64,000 bases of DNA from NCBI GenBank assembly GCA_038046725.1, contig JBBSVQ010000040.1:9526-73525 (forward strand). Direction: 5' to 3'. The notes beneath the pieces were generated by a model, which was not told the origin of the DNA, did not search any database, and was given only the letters and a program-made list of their open reading frames with translations. This document shows, piece after piece, positions 16,684-26,244 of the stretch. The first letter of the stretch is position 1. Every line of letters begins with the position of its first letter. A program made the translations under genes and the position numbers. Source of the DNA: Thermoplasmatota archaeon (GTDB lineage Archaea > Thermoplasmatota > E2 > JACPAO01 > JAHFTW01).

Positions 16684-17289
16684 TCAGGCCACGGCTTGCG
16701 CGGCCTTGGCCTGCTTGCCCTTGAGGACCTTGGCGAGGCGGTTGATGCGCTTCTCCAGTTCCGCGGCGACGAGGCGGTGGCCTTCCAGGGGGAGGCCGGT
16801 CGGGTCCCACACGTCGTTCCACTCCTCGATGCGTGCGCCCTCGCGCCAGGCATCGGGGATGCGGGCCTCGAAGAGGATGACGCGGTCGAAGGCCCCCAGG
16901 CGGGCGGGGTCGAGCAGCTTCGGCCGAACGCCGGACAGGTCGAAGCCCTTCTCGCTCATGGCCTCGACGACCTCGGTGGGCACCGCGGGCGCGGGCCACG
17001 TGCCGGCGGACTCGGCATACAGGCCGGCCTGGCGCGCGAAGGCCTCCGCCATCTGGCTACGGGCGGCGTTGCCCGTGCAGACGAAGAGGACGCGGGGGTC
17101 CCGGTGCTTCTTGCGGGTGACGGTGCCCGCGGGCGCGACGGCGTCGCTGGACGAGCCCGACATGAAGCGGCGAACCGGCTCCCACAGCTTGTCGAAGCGC
17201 GAGATGCGCTTCGAGCGCCCCTCGGCGGCGGGCGGCGTGTTCGGCTGGGCGGGCGGCGAGGCAGGCGCGGCGCCGGCGGTCTCGTCCAT
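16684..17289 (-). CDS. LMW protein-tyrosine-phosphatase / ArsC-like protein with 60-aa N-terminal extension
   Basis: ORF track. CTGNAARSQMAE P-loop but no second Cys pair. CTTAAAG box 24 nt upstream of the ATG. Confidence 0.75.
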   Translation of the reverse strand: MDETAGAAPASPPAQPNTPPAAEGRSKRISRFDKLWEPVRRFMSGSSSDAVAPAGTVTRKKHRDPRVLFVCTGNAARSQMAEAFARQAGLYAESAGTWPAPAVPTEVVEAMSEKGFDLSGVRPKLLDPARLGAFDRVILFEARIPDAWREGARIEEWNDVWDPTGLPLEGHRLVAAELEKRINRLAKVLKGKQAKAAQAVA

Positions 17290-17312
17290 GGCCGCGCCGA
17301 CCCCATCCAGGG

Positions 17313-17319
17313 CTTAAAG
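17313..17319 (-). promoter_or_regulatory. CTTTAAG TATA-like box upstream of the LMW-PTP gene
   Basis: 24 nt upstream of ATG 17289. Confidence 0.35.
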
Positions 17320-17393
17320 CGTGAGGCCGGCGCGCCGCGAGGATACGACGGACTTGCCACACACCTTTTTGTCTCGGACCCACACCGGGGTGC

Positions 17394-18434
17394 ATGCGCA
17401 ACGCGTTGCCAGCCATCGCCCTGGCCCTTCTCTTGGCAGGCTGCACGAGCCCGTCTGCCGACGACGACGGGACGGGCAGCGTCACGATCATCACGGACCC
17501 CAACCAGGGCCGAACCGACCCGACGATGGGCGCCCACCTGCACGACTACTGGGGGAGCAAGACCGAACTCACGGTGATGGATGGGTCATTCGAGGCGCCC
17601 GGGTATACGTGGACCGGCCCGTCCTTGTCGGTTGCCGAGTTCCGCCCGGAATCCGGCGACGTCGTCCCCCAAGGTGCCGCCAAGGTGCGCGTCACGGTCT
17701 CCTGGACCAACGACGACCCCACGAATCGCTACGACGGCGCCGAGCTTTGGGTCAAGACCGCAGCCGACTCCGCCCCGACGTCAATTGGTGCCGTCGCAAG
17801 CGGCGACACCTTGGAGGTCACGTCCACCAACGAACGCAACGACCTGCCGCACCAACTCCTGTCCGCCTGGGCATTCCAGCTCGTGCTCCTGTCCGACAAC
17901 TCCCTCGGTGGCCTCGACTGGATTGCCTACACCGGCACGGTGACCCTGCAAGCCGTGGCCGTGCGCGGCTTGGACATCCCCTTGTACCCCGGCCACCCCG
18001 ACCAGTGGCAGAACCGCACCGAGATCCAACTCGTGAACCTGGCGGGCGAGGCCCGCTTCATCGGGGAGACGACGACGCAGTCGTGGTCCTGCTTCGGCGG
18101 CGACTGCCCCTTCTTCATCGTCCCCGACAACGGCACGCTCGTTCCCCTCAACGCCGACCACGTCACCATCGTGCTGGAGCGCGAGACCGGCACGACGCCC
18201 ATCCGCTTGGGCGTCAAGGCCCATTCCGCGGTGACGCGCGACTTCGCGGAGCTTGGGACCAAGGACCAGACCGACACCGTGACGACGTACACAATCCCCG
18301 TCGAGGGCGGCGGCGACGGCCCGTATGCCAAGCAAAGCCAGTGGGAGTTCGTCATCTTCATCGACGGCCCCCGGCCGGACTCCGCCGTCGTGGAGACGTG
18401 GCACCTCACGGCCACGGCGTACAAGGACGCCTAG
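17394..18434 (+). CDS. Lipoprotein, function unknown
   Basis: ORF track. MRNALPAIALALLLAGC signal peptide plus lipobox. Confidence 0.7.
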   Translation: MRNALPAIALALLLAGCTSPSADDDGTGSVTIITDPNQGRTDPTMGAHLHDYWGSKTELTVMDGSFEAPGYTWTGPSLSVAEFRPESGDVVPQGAAKVRVTVSWTNDDPTNRYDGAELWVKTAADSAPTSIGAVASGDTLEVTSTNERNDLPHQLLSAWAFQLVLLSDNSLGGLDWIAYTGTVTLQAVAVRGLDIPLYPGHPDQWQNRTEIQLVNLAGEARFIGETTTQSWSCFGGDCPFFIVPDNGTLVPLNADHVTIVLERETGTTPIRLGVKAHSAVTRDFAELGTKDQTDTVTTYTIPVEGGGDGPYAKQSQWEFVIFIDGPRPDSAVVETWHLTATAYKDA

Positions 18435-18616
18435 GAGTCGGGGCGCGGCGCGAGTTCGGCGCGATCGTCCACCGTCACTGGGCCAGCACCGCCGCCGCAG
18501 GCCTGGAAGACGATGCGCATGGGCGAATCGGTCGTCGGCACCTTGCCGCGAATCGCCCGCCCCGATTGGCCGCCGTGGTAGGTCTGCGACGTCTGCGAGC
18601 CTTCGGGCTCGTTTCA

Positions 18617-19939
18617 TCAGTCGACGTACGCCCCGCCCTTGGGGGCACCCATCCATGAGCCATGGTACTCGGCGTCCTCGTTCTGCAGCGCCCACGTCGT
18701 GACGAGCAGTGGCTTGAACGTGTCCACCATGACGGCCAACTCGTCGGCGCGGTCGTGGCCGAAGCTCGCCTCGTAGCGCCCGGGCTGCGGTGCATGCGGG
18801 ATGCCGGCCGGGTGCAAGCTGATGCTGCCGGGGCCGACGCCCTTGCGGGACGCGAAATTGCCCTCCACGTACCACAAGACCTCGTCGCAGTCGACGCTGG
18901 AGTGCGGGTACGGGCACGGAATGGCCTTCTCGTGGTAGTCCACCTTGCGGGGCACGAAGGAGCACACCACGAAGGAGCCCCGCCCGCCGAGGAACGTCGT
19001 GTGGATGGGTGGGGGCAGGTGCACGAGGCCGGTCTTGGGTTGGTAGTCGTGCACGTTGAATGCCACGGGGTAGTTCACGCCGTCCCAGCCGACGACGTCG
19101 AATGGGTGGTGCGGGAGAAGGCGCTCCGTGTACTTGTCGCCCCGCTTGTTGAGCACGACGTAGTGCCCCTGGTCGTCGGCGTCGTCCTCGGACGGCTGCG
19201 ACAGGGTCGCGGGGCGGCGGAAGTCGCGGTGCGAGTACGGCGCATCCATGGTGAGCTGCCCCGTCGGGTTGCGGAAATTGGCGGGGATGTCGAGGCCGCT
19301 GCGGCATTCGATCCACAGAACGTGCGGTGCACGGGGGGCCGTCTCGCCTTGGGTGGTTCCGGCGCCTGGGTCGCCTTTGGCCTTGTTCGATGCCGCTGAT
19401 GCGGCATCGAACCGGATGCGGTGCACGAGGCCGCGCGGAATCCAGACGTAGTCATGCCGGCGCATGGGGAGGTCGCCCAGTTCGGAGTGCAGGACGCCGG
19501 AGCCCTCATGCAGGAACAGGAGCGTGTCGCCGTCGCCGTTTTGCAGCAACCCCGTGTCGAGCACGGTGGGCTCGCTGGTGCCGATGCGGACGTCCTCGTT
19601 GCCGACGAAGATGCGCAACGACTCCCACAGCGTCCCCTTGGCGGCGGCCTTTGGGGTCCTGAAGTGGCGCCGACGCAGCGGGCCGGAATCGACGACCGTG
19701 AAGGAGTCCAGCAGTTTGGAGGCCCGGTAGCCGGCTTCGCGCCCAGGGTTGTTTTTCCGGTACGCAATGGTGTAGGCCCCGTCGAAGCCCTTGCGCGTCA
19801 TGCAATGCTCGTAGTACACCGGGCAGCCGTCGGTCTCGTCACCGGCCGCACGGGGGAACTGGATGTGGTGCTTGGCCGGCACCTGGCCGAGGCGGTGGTA
19901 GTCGAGCATCTCGACGGCGCGACCCGCCCTGGCCTTCAT
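18617..19939 (-). CDS. hmgA: Homogentisate 1,2-dioxygenase
   Basis: ORF 18617..20023. Cupin-like core with HPFDVVGWDG and LHPAGIPHAPQPG resembling the HGD family. ATG 19939 preferred, start uncertain. Confidence 0.8.
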   Translation of the reverse strand: MKARAGRAVEMLDYHRLGQVPAKHHIQFPRAAGDETDGCPVYYEHCMTRKGFDGAYTIAYRKNNPGREAGYRASKLLDSFTVVDSGPLRRRHFRTPKAAAKGTLWESLRIFVGNEDVRIGTSEPTVLDTGLLQNGDGDTLLFLHEGSGVLHSELGDLPMRRHDYVWIPRGLVHRIRFDAASAASNKAKGDPGAGTTQGETAPRAPHVLWIECRSGLDIPANFRNPTGQLTMDAPYSHRDFRRPATLSQPSEDDADDQGHYVVLNKRGDKYTERLLPHHPFDVVGWDGVNYPVAFNVHDYQPKTGLVHLPPPIHTTFLGGRGSFVVCSFVPRKVDYHEKAIPCPYPHSSVDCDEVLWYVEGNFASRKGVGPGSISLHPAGIPHAPQPGRYEASFGHDRADELAVMVDTFKPLLVTTWALQNEDAEYHGSWMGAPKGGAYVD

Positions 19940-20103
19940 AAGGGAACTGCGGGCGGAGACTCCGTTCAGGACGAATCCGGGGGCACCCCACTCCGAGAGG
20001 CGCGGGCCGCCGCGAATTGTCATATTTAAACTCTATGCGGAAAGGGGATGGTCCTACGGCGGCGAAAACCGGCCTCGCCGCCCCGGTGGCGGGAAGAGGA
20101 CTC

Positions 20104-20952
20104 ATGCGAATCCTTGGTGTTTCGGCAATTGTTGCGTTGCTGCTCGGTCTGGGCCTTGCCCCCCTTGCTTCGGCCCAACTGCCCATCGGAGGCGACATCA
20201 CGAACGTCGTCCCGGTCGTCACCAGCGTCACGGTGACCGGTTCGTCGTTCGACCCCACCTCCGGCACCACCACCTCCATCCCGGTCACCACCGTCATCAC
20301 CGACACCAACGGCTGCAACGACCTCACGACCGGAAGCTCCTCCGTAACCGTCGCCGTGTACACGAGTGGCGACGTCGTGCTCGTCTCCCCGGCAGCCCTG
20401 ACCTACGCCTCGTGCAGCCTTGGCGTCGCCGCCACCTTCAGCGGCAACGCCCTGATGCCATTCCATGCAGCCGCCGGCACCTACAAGGTGCGCGTCGCGG
20501 CCACCGACCAGGCCGCGGGAGCCGTCAGCGCGTCCCTCGTCACGGCGCCCACGTTCACCTACGGGAGCCTGGTGGCCATGACCACCGCAGCCAGCTTCAG
20601 CTTCTCCGCGGCAGTCGCGCCCGGCGCCTCCACCGCAGTCAGCCAAGGCATCGACATCACCAACAAAGGCAACGGCGTGATGGACGCCCAGGTCTCCGGG
20701 ACCGCCTTGACCCTGTCCAGCCCCTCGGCAAGCATCGCCGTCAGCAACGTGGCGTACAGCGTCAACAGCGACATGAGCTCAAGCACGGCCCTGTCGGGGT
20801 CCGCCACCAGCCTCGCCGCCTTCGACCTGGCCGCCGGCGCCTCCAGCTCCAAGACCCTGTACCTGCAGTTGACGGCCCCCAGCGCCGCCAGCCAGTACCT
20901 GCCTGCGGGCACCTACTCGGGCACGTTGACCGTCACGGCCGTTTCGGGTTAG
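20104..20952 (+). CDS. Secreted Thr/Ser/Ala-rich beta-rich protein
   Basis: Internal ATG of ORF 20017..20952. MRILGVSAIVALLLGLGLAPLASA signal peptide. No membrane anchor. Confidence 0.65.
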   Translation: MRILGVSAIVALLLGLGLAPLASAQLPIGGDITNVVPVVTSVTVTGSSFDPTSGTTTSIPVTTVITDTNGCNDLTTGSSSVTVAVYTSGDVVLVSPAALTYASCSLGVAATFSGNALMPFHAAAGTYKVRVAATDQAAGAVSASLVTAPTFTYGSLVAMTTAASFSFSAAVAPGASTAVSQGIDITNKGNGVMDAQVSGTALTLSSPSASIAVSNVAYSVNSDMSSSTALSGSATSLAAFDLAAGASSSKTLYLQLTAPSAASQYLPAGTYSGTLTVTAVSG

Positions 20953-21004
20953 GTCCGAGTCGAATCGAGCACAAGGATAACAGCCCGACGCGCGTTGCCA
21001 ACGC

Positions 21005-22177
21005 GTGGCCCGGGCGATGCCTGCCGCACTCGCCCTGCTTCTCATCGGGGCAGCGGCCATCGTCGCCAGTGCCCAGAGCAGCGAGTCCCTCGGCCTCGCC
21101 CCGGGGCGCATCACGATTGCCGACGCCCAGCCCGGGCAGACCTACCGCGCCACCGTGACGCTGCAGAACCAATACGACTCCCCGACGCCGTTCACCGTGG
21201 AGCGCAACGGAACGGTTGGCGCCTGGACGACGGTGGACCCGGGGCCGCAGTTCACGGTGCCGGCCCGCACCAGCCAAACCGTCGCGCTCGCCATTGCGAT
21301 CCCGCAGGACACCGGGCCGGGCAACAAGACGGGGCAGATCTCCTTCCTTGCCGACGTCCGCGGCAGCACGCGGCAAGGCGTCGGCGTCCTGCTCGAGGTC
21401 AGCGTGGGTGGCGAGGGCCGCGTCAAGGTGACGTGGCAGGCCGCCACGGCCGAAGACGCCCAAGTCGGCCATGCCCTCTTCGCCAACGTCACCGCCCGCA
21501 ACGACGGCAACGTGCGCACACGCGCCCAGGCGCACGCCAGCGTGAGTGCGTTCGGCGGAGGCCCGGCGCTTGCCCAAGGCAACGGTTCCGTCGAACTCGA
21601 CCCCGGCCAGACGGGCGACGCCGTGATCAGCCTCGGCTCGACCTTGCCCGTGGGCCAGTACCTCGTGCGCGTCACCTCCACGGATCCGGCGGGGTTCGAG
21701 GTGGACCTCGACGTCAAGGTGACGGTGTCCGGCGACGCCCCGGACGGCCGCCTGCGGGCCATCGTCAACCCCATCCGCGTCCCGGCCGGAAAGCCCGTGA
21801 CAGTCAACGCCTGGTTCGAGAACACGGGCCGCTCCGACATCGGCTCCGCGCGCCTGTCGGCCCAAGTCCTGCGCGACGGCAAGGTCGAAGCCACGCTGGG
21901 CAGCGACGGCCTGGCGGTGGTCGCCGGGGCGCACGCCAACCTGACGGCGATCTGGACGCCGGCGCGTGAAGGAAATTACCGCATCGTCGGTCACGTCGAA
22001 TACGACGGCTTCCGCACGCCGGACTCCGAGGGCCGCATCGAGGTCGGGCCGGGGGGCTTCAATCAGTTCTGGCTCGTCGTCGGCATGCTCGCGGTGGCCC
22101 TGGTGGCCGGCGTTGTCGTGATCGCCCTCATCGTGCGGGGCCGCCGCGCACGGCGGCCAGCACGTCCGCGGTCATGA
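21005..22177 (+). CDS. Surface protein with Ig-like repeats and C-terminal TM anchor (COG1470/NEW3-like)
   Basis: ORF track. Signal peptide, repeated beta-sandwich-like segments, C-terminal hydrophobic helix followed by RGRRARRPARPRS. Confidence 0.65.
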   Translation: MARAMPAALALLLIGAAAIVASAQSSESLGLAPGRITIADAQPGQTYRATVTLQNQYDSPTPFTVERNGTVGAWTTVDPGPQFTVPARTSQTVALAIAIPQDTGPGNKTGQISFLADVRGSTRQGVGVLLEVSVGGEGRVKVTWQAATAEDAQVGHALFANVTARNDGNVRTRAQAHASVSAFGGGPALAQGNGSVELDPGQTGDAVISLGSTLPVGQYLVRVTSTDPAGFEVDLDVKVTVSGDAPDGRLRAIVNPIRVPAGKPVTVNAWFENTGRSDIGSARLSAQVLRDGKVEATLGSDGLAVVAGAHANLTAIWTPAREGNYRIVGHVEYDGFRTPDSEGRIEVGPGGFNQFWLVVGMLAVALVAGVVVIALIVRGRRARRPARPRS

Positions 22178-22730
22178 CGACGGTCGCGAACTCGCCGTGC
22201 AGTTCCGCCAAGGCGAGGTCGTGCGCCAATTGCGCCGCCACCACGTCGCCGCCGAGGAGCTTCTGCGGGAACGTGGCGCAGGCGTCGCCGACGACGAACG
22301 TCTTGTAGCCGAGGTTTCCAGCCATGCGCGCCGTGGAGGCCACGCAGTAATTCGTCTGGATGCCGCACAGGACCAAGGTCTCGCTGCCAGCGCGCTGCAG
22401 GCGCTCCTCCAAGTCGGTTCCGATGAAGGCGGAGTGCACGGCCTTCGTGACGACGGGTTCCCCGGGTTCCGGCCCGGTCTCTGGTTTGAACGCGTTGCCG
22501 GGCAGGCCGAAGCGGAAGACGGAGGCAGGTTCCTCGGAGTTGTGCTTGACGTGCCACAGCGGGCGGCGGGCCTTGCGCCATGCCGCATGCAAAGACGCGA
22601 TGTTGCCTTCGCACTCGGGGTTGTTGCGGTCGGGGAACTGGTCGAAGCCCTTCTGCACGTCGATGGTGAGAAGCACGGCGTCCGCGGGCAGGCGCAAGGC
22701 ATCGGCGGGACGCGAGGCGAGGGTGGCCAT
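22128..22730 (-). CDS. Isochorismatase-family cysteine hydrolase
   Basis: C-terminal 200 aa of ORF 22128..23384, from ATG 22730. LLTIDVQKGF and CGIQTNYCVASTA are family motifs. Confidence 0.85.
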   Translation of the reverse strand: MATLASRPADALRLPADAVLLTIDVQKGFDQFPDRNNPECEGNIASLHAAWRKARRPLWHVKHNSEEPASVFRFGLPGNAFKPETGPEPGEPVVTKAVHSAFIGTDLEERLQRAGSETLVLCGIQTNYCVASTARMAGNLGYKTFVVGDACATFPQKLLGGDVVAAQLAHDLALAELHGEFATVVMTADVLAAVRGGPAR

Positions 22731-23604
22731 CAGCGAGGCTCCGCAGGGCCGAAGGCCTCCATCAAGTCGTCGTCCGGTTCCCCAAGGGAGCAGGAGCCGA
22801 TGGCGAAGGCCGGCAATTGCGCCAGCCGCGCCGCGGCAACGCGGTGGCCATGCCAGGTGATGCCGTCGCGCACGTCGAAGGCCGAGGGGTTGGATTCCGC
22901 GAGGCAGGCCTCGACGTCGTCGAAGGCGGGGCCCTCGGCTTGGCGCAGGCGCAGCGCGGCGAGGAGGCCGAGGAAGCCGTGCGGGAATCCCGGGCGCGGC
23001 ACCGGGTGATGCAGGCCCTGCGTTGCCTTGAACGGAATCGCGGCGTCCGCGGCGGCTCGCACGGCGGCGGCCAAGGCGGGGCGGTCGAGGGCCGTTGGAC
23101 CGGCGCATCGCACCTTGAGGCCGGCACCGCACGCCTTGGCGACGAGGGCGACGTGGCCAACGTGCGTCCGAACGCGGTCGGCGGGCCAGCGCGGCTCGAC
23201 GAAGACGGGGATTCCGTGCGCGGCGGCGACGGTGGCGCGCAGCGCGGCGGCGTCGAGGTCGCCTTCGCAGTGCACTTCGAGGCTGACGACTTGCACGGCC
23301 TCCGGTATGGCGGCCCGGGCCGCAAGCGCCTGCGCGATGGCGGGCCCTTGGGCGCAGGGGACGCCGACGACGGCGACCCGGCACGTGCCCGAGAACCCCG
23401 CGGCCCGCAGGGCGGCGCCGTCGAGTCCGGGCCAGTCTTTCCAGGCGATGACGAGGTCGGCCCCAACGAGGCCGGGGCGACGCAGCGCGGCGGCGAAGCG
23501 GGCGGCGTCGTGCAGGGCGCCGGCCAGGGGTTTGGCTGCCGGGGGGAACATGCCGGCGTGGTCGAACAGGCCACGCAGGGCGGGCTCCGTTCGGCGGTCG
23601 TCCA

Positions 23605-23608
<4 letters not shown>
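22730..23608 (-). CDS. Conserved hypothetical protein
   Basis: ORF track. GLKVRCAG and FKATQGLHHP motifs, which I recall from an uncharacterised family and cannot name. Coupled at both ends: ATGA with the FAH gene, a 1-nt overlap with the isochorismatase start. Confidence 0.6.
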
Positions 23609-24642
<1,034 letters not shown>

Positions 24643-24697
24643 GCGGCGGCCACCGGCGGGCTCGGCATAACCGTGCCGGGCGAGCTGGCTGCGCGAC

Positions 24698-24884
24698 GGC
24701 GCCCGTTCAAGGCATGCCAGTCAACCATCTCCGACGACTCCGACCACCACTTCGAGCCGATGTTGACGTACCTTGTCGGCGGCAGGCGCCGCCTCGCGCG
24801 CCTTCGGCGCGCGCTTTGGGATGCTTGTGCTGCAAGCCGCCGACGCCGGCGTCGGATACGTTGTCATCAGACCAAACGGGCCCC
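24698..24884 (-). mobile_element. MITE-like repeat core, copy C (one end degenerate)
   Basis: Reverse orientation. Starts GGCGCCCGTTC, central GGCGCCGCCTCGCGCGCCTTCGGCGCGCGCTT. The distal end is diverged. Confidence 0.55.
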
Positions 24885-25142
24885 ATGACGTTGCCACGTC
24901 GGCGCGTCGGGCTCGTCCCACTCTTCCAGGACGCGTACAGCGTCGCGTCGCAGCATCATGCTCGGCATGGGGCAGGAATCGGCCACGATTGCCAGGCGAG
25001 CGCGAGCGTCATTCCCGGCTGCTGCGAGGCTTGCGCGGTCGCGCGGAATGGCGGGGTCGAGCGCCGCGATGTCCACGATGTGGTTCTTGCGGACGTGCCC
25101 GAGCCGGGGCCCCAGCCCGGCGTCGAACACGCAGAGTCGCAT
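24867..25142 (-). pseudogene. Remnant of a second FAH-family gene (N-terminal domain only)
   Basis: ORF track. MRLCVFDAGLGPRLGHVRKNHIVDIAAL resembles the FAH-family N-terminal domain. The ORF ends inside MITE-like copy C and no catalytic domain follows. Confidence 0.4.
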
Positions 25143-25187
25143 GCCCGCGCCAGGTTGGGGCAGAATGAAGGGTTTCCGTCGGCGCGG

Positions 25188-25556
25188 TTAGATTCCCTGC
25201 GAGGGGGCCTCGTCGCCTTCCGGCTCCGTCTTCTCGACGTTTCCGGACTCGGTCTCGGCCATGTCGGGCGCCTCGTTGCCCTTGCCGTGCTTGGCTGCGT
25301 CGTCCGGCTTGTGGCCGGCCTTCGCGGGCTTGCCGGTCAGGACCTTGGGCTGCTCGTCGTCGCGCTTCTCGGGGACTTTCTTGTCCTGTTCCTCGTCGCG
25401 CTTGTGGACCTCGCGTTGCAGGGGCTGCGCGTTTGCGTTGGTCTCCGGGCGCTCGGGGCGGGTCTCGCGGGCCCCTTCGTGCTTGCGGTCCTTGGGCTCC
25501 TCCTGCTTGAGGGCGCCGTACTGCTTCTTGTCGTCCTTGTCGAAGCTAGGCTTCAT
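25188..25556 (-). CDS. Highly charged (Lys/Glu/Asp/Pro-rich) small protein, probably disordered
   Basis: C-terminal 122 aa of ORF 25188..25985, from ATG 25556. No hydrophobic core, no family recognised. Confidence 0.5.
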   Translation of the reverse strand: MKPSFDKDDKKQYGALKQEEPKDRKHEGARETRPERPETNANAQPLQREVHKRDEEQDKKVPEKRDDEQPKVLTGKPAKAGHKPDDAAKHGKGNEAPDMAETESGNVEKTEPEGDEAPSQGI

Positions 25557-25662
25557 GCCCTGACTCTCGGCCGGCATTGGCATTGGCCTTGCGCATAGGG
25601 GCAAACGGAAGGCCTTGCGGCCGGGCGCGCAGGTTTTTCCCCGCCGCCCGGCTGCTGGGAGC

Positions 25663-25998
25663 ATGCTGGGGTTCCTTGCGCGCTTCGACCGCATGCTCAT
25701 GCTGACGGCCTGCATCGCTGGCACAGGGGCCTTGCTCGTCATCGCCTTCGGCATCGCGGAGGCCTTCAACGACCCGCCCATGTCCGGCGTCTCGTCCGTC
25801 CAGAGCGTCGAGGCGTACCAGGACCGCGCGCGCTGGTTCCAGGCGATGCAGGACATCGGCCAGGCGGGCATCGCCATCGCCTTGCCGCTCGCCATCCTGA
25901 CCTTCGCCCTCGCCATGCTGCGCCCAAGCGGCTCGGGCGAGGACCGCAGCGCCCCATCGGCTCCGGCCGTTGCGCGCGCTCCCAAGCGTGGCGTCTAG
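25663..25998 (+). CDS. Membrane protein, function unknown
   Basis: Internal ATG of ORF 25615..25998. Two hydrophobic helices. Confidence 0.5.
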   Translation: MLGFLARFDRMLMLTACIAGTGALLVIAFGIAEAFNDPPMSGVSSVQSVEAYQDRARWFQAMQDIGQAGIAIALPLAILTFALAMLRPSGSGEDRSAPSAPAVARAPKRGV

Positions 25999-26033
25999 TC
26001 CCGCTCGCGCCCGTTCTGGGCCGCCGACACGAG

Positions 26034-26210
26034 TTAACCTCTTTCCGACGGTGACGACGCCGACGGCATCAAACTCTTGAAGCCGAGGAGGGACGGCGCG
26101 GGGCGCCGCTGGCGAACCTTCAGGGCGTCCGTCAGCGGGGCGATGCTGAAGAGCGCCGCGGCCATGCCCACCGTGTTCGCGGCGAACGGGACCCAGCGCC
26201 AAAACCTCAT
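26034..26210 (-). CDS. Possible small membrane protein
   Basis: C-terminal 58 aa of ORF 26034..26480, from ATG 26210. One hydrophobic segment, high GC3. Weak call. Confidence 0.3.
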   Translation of the reverse strand: MRFWRWVPFAANTVGMAAALFSIAPLTDALKVRQRRPAPSLLGFKSLMPSASSPSERG

Positions 26211-26244
26211 GCCCGGATGATGGCCGTGCCCGACCTTGAGCCTT

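Noticed and set aside
20022-20030. ATATTTAAA box between hmgA and the secreted protein gene, as a defined promoter.
   Set aside because: It is the strongest AT island in the window, but its distance to either plausible start (83 nt to 19939, 74 nt to 20104) does not fit the 22-25 nt pattern. I could not assign it to either gene.
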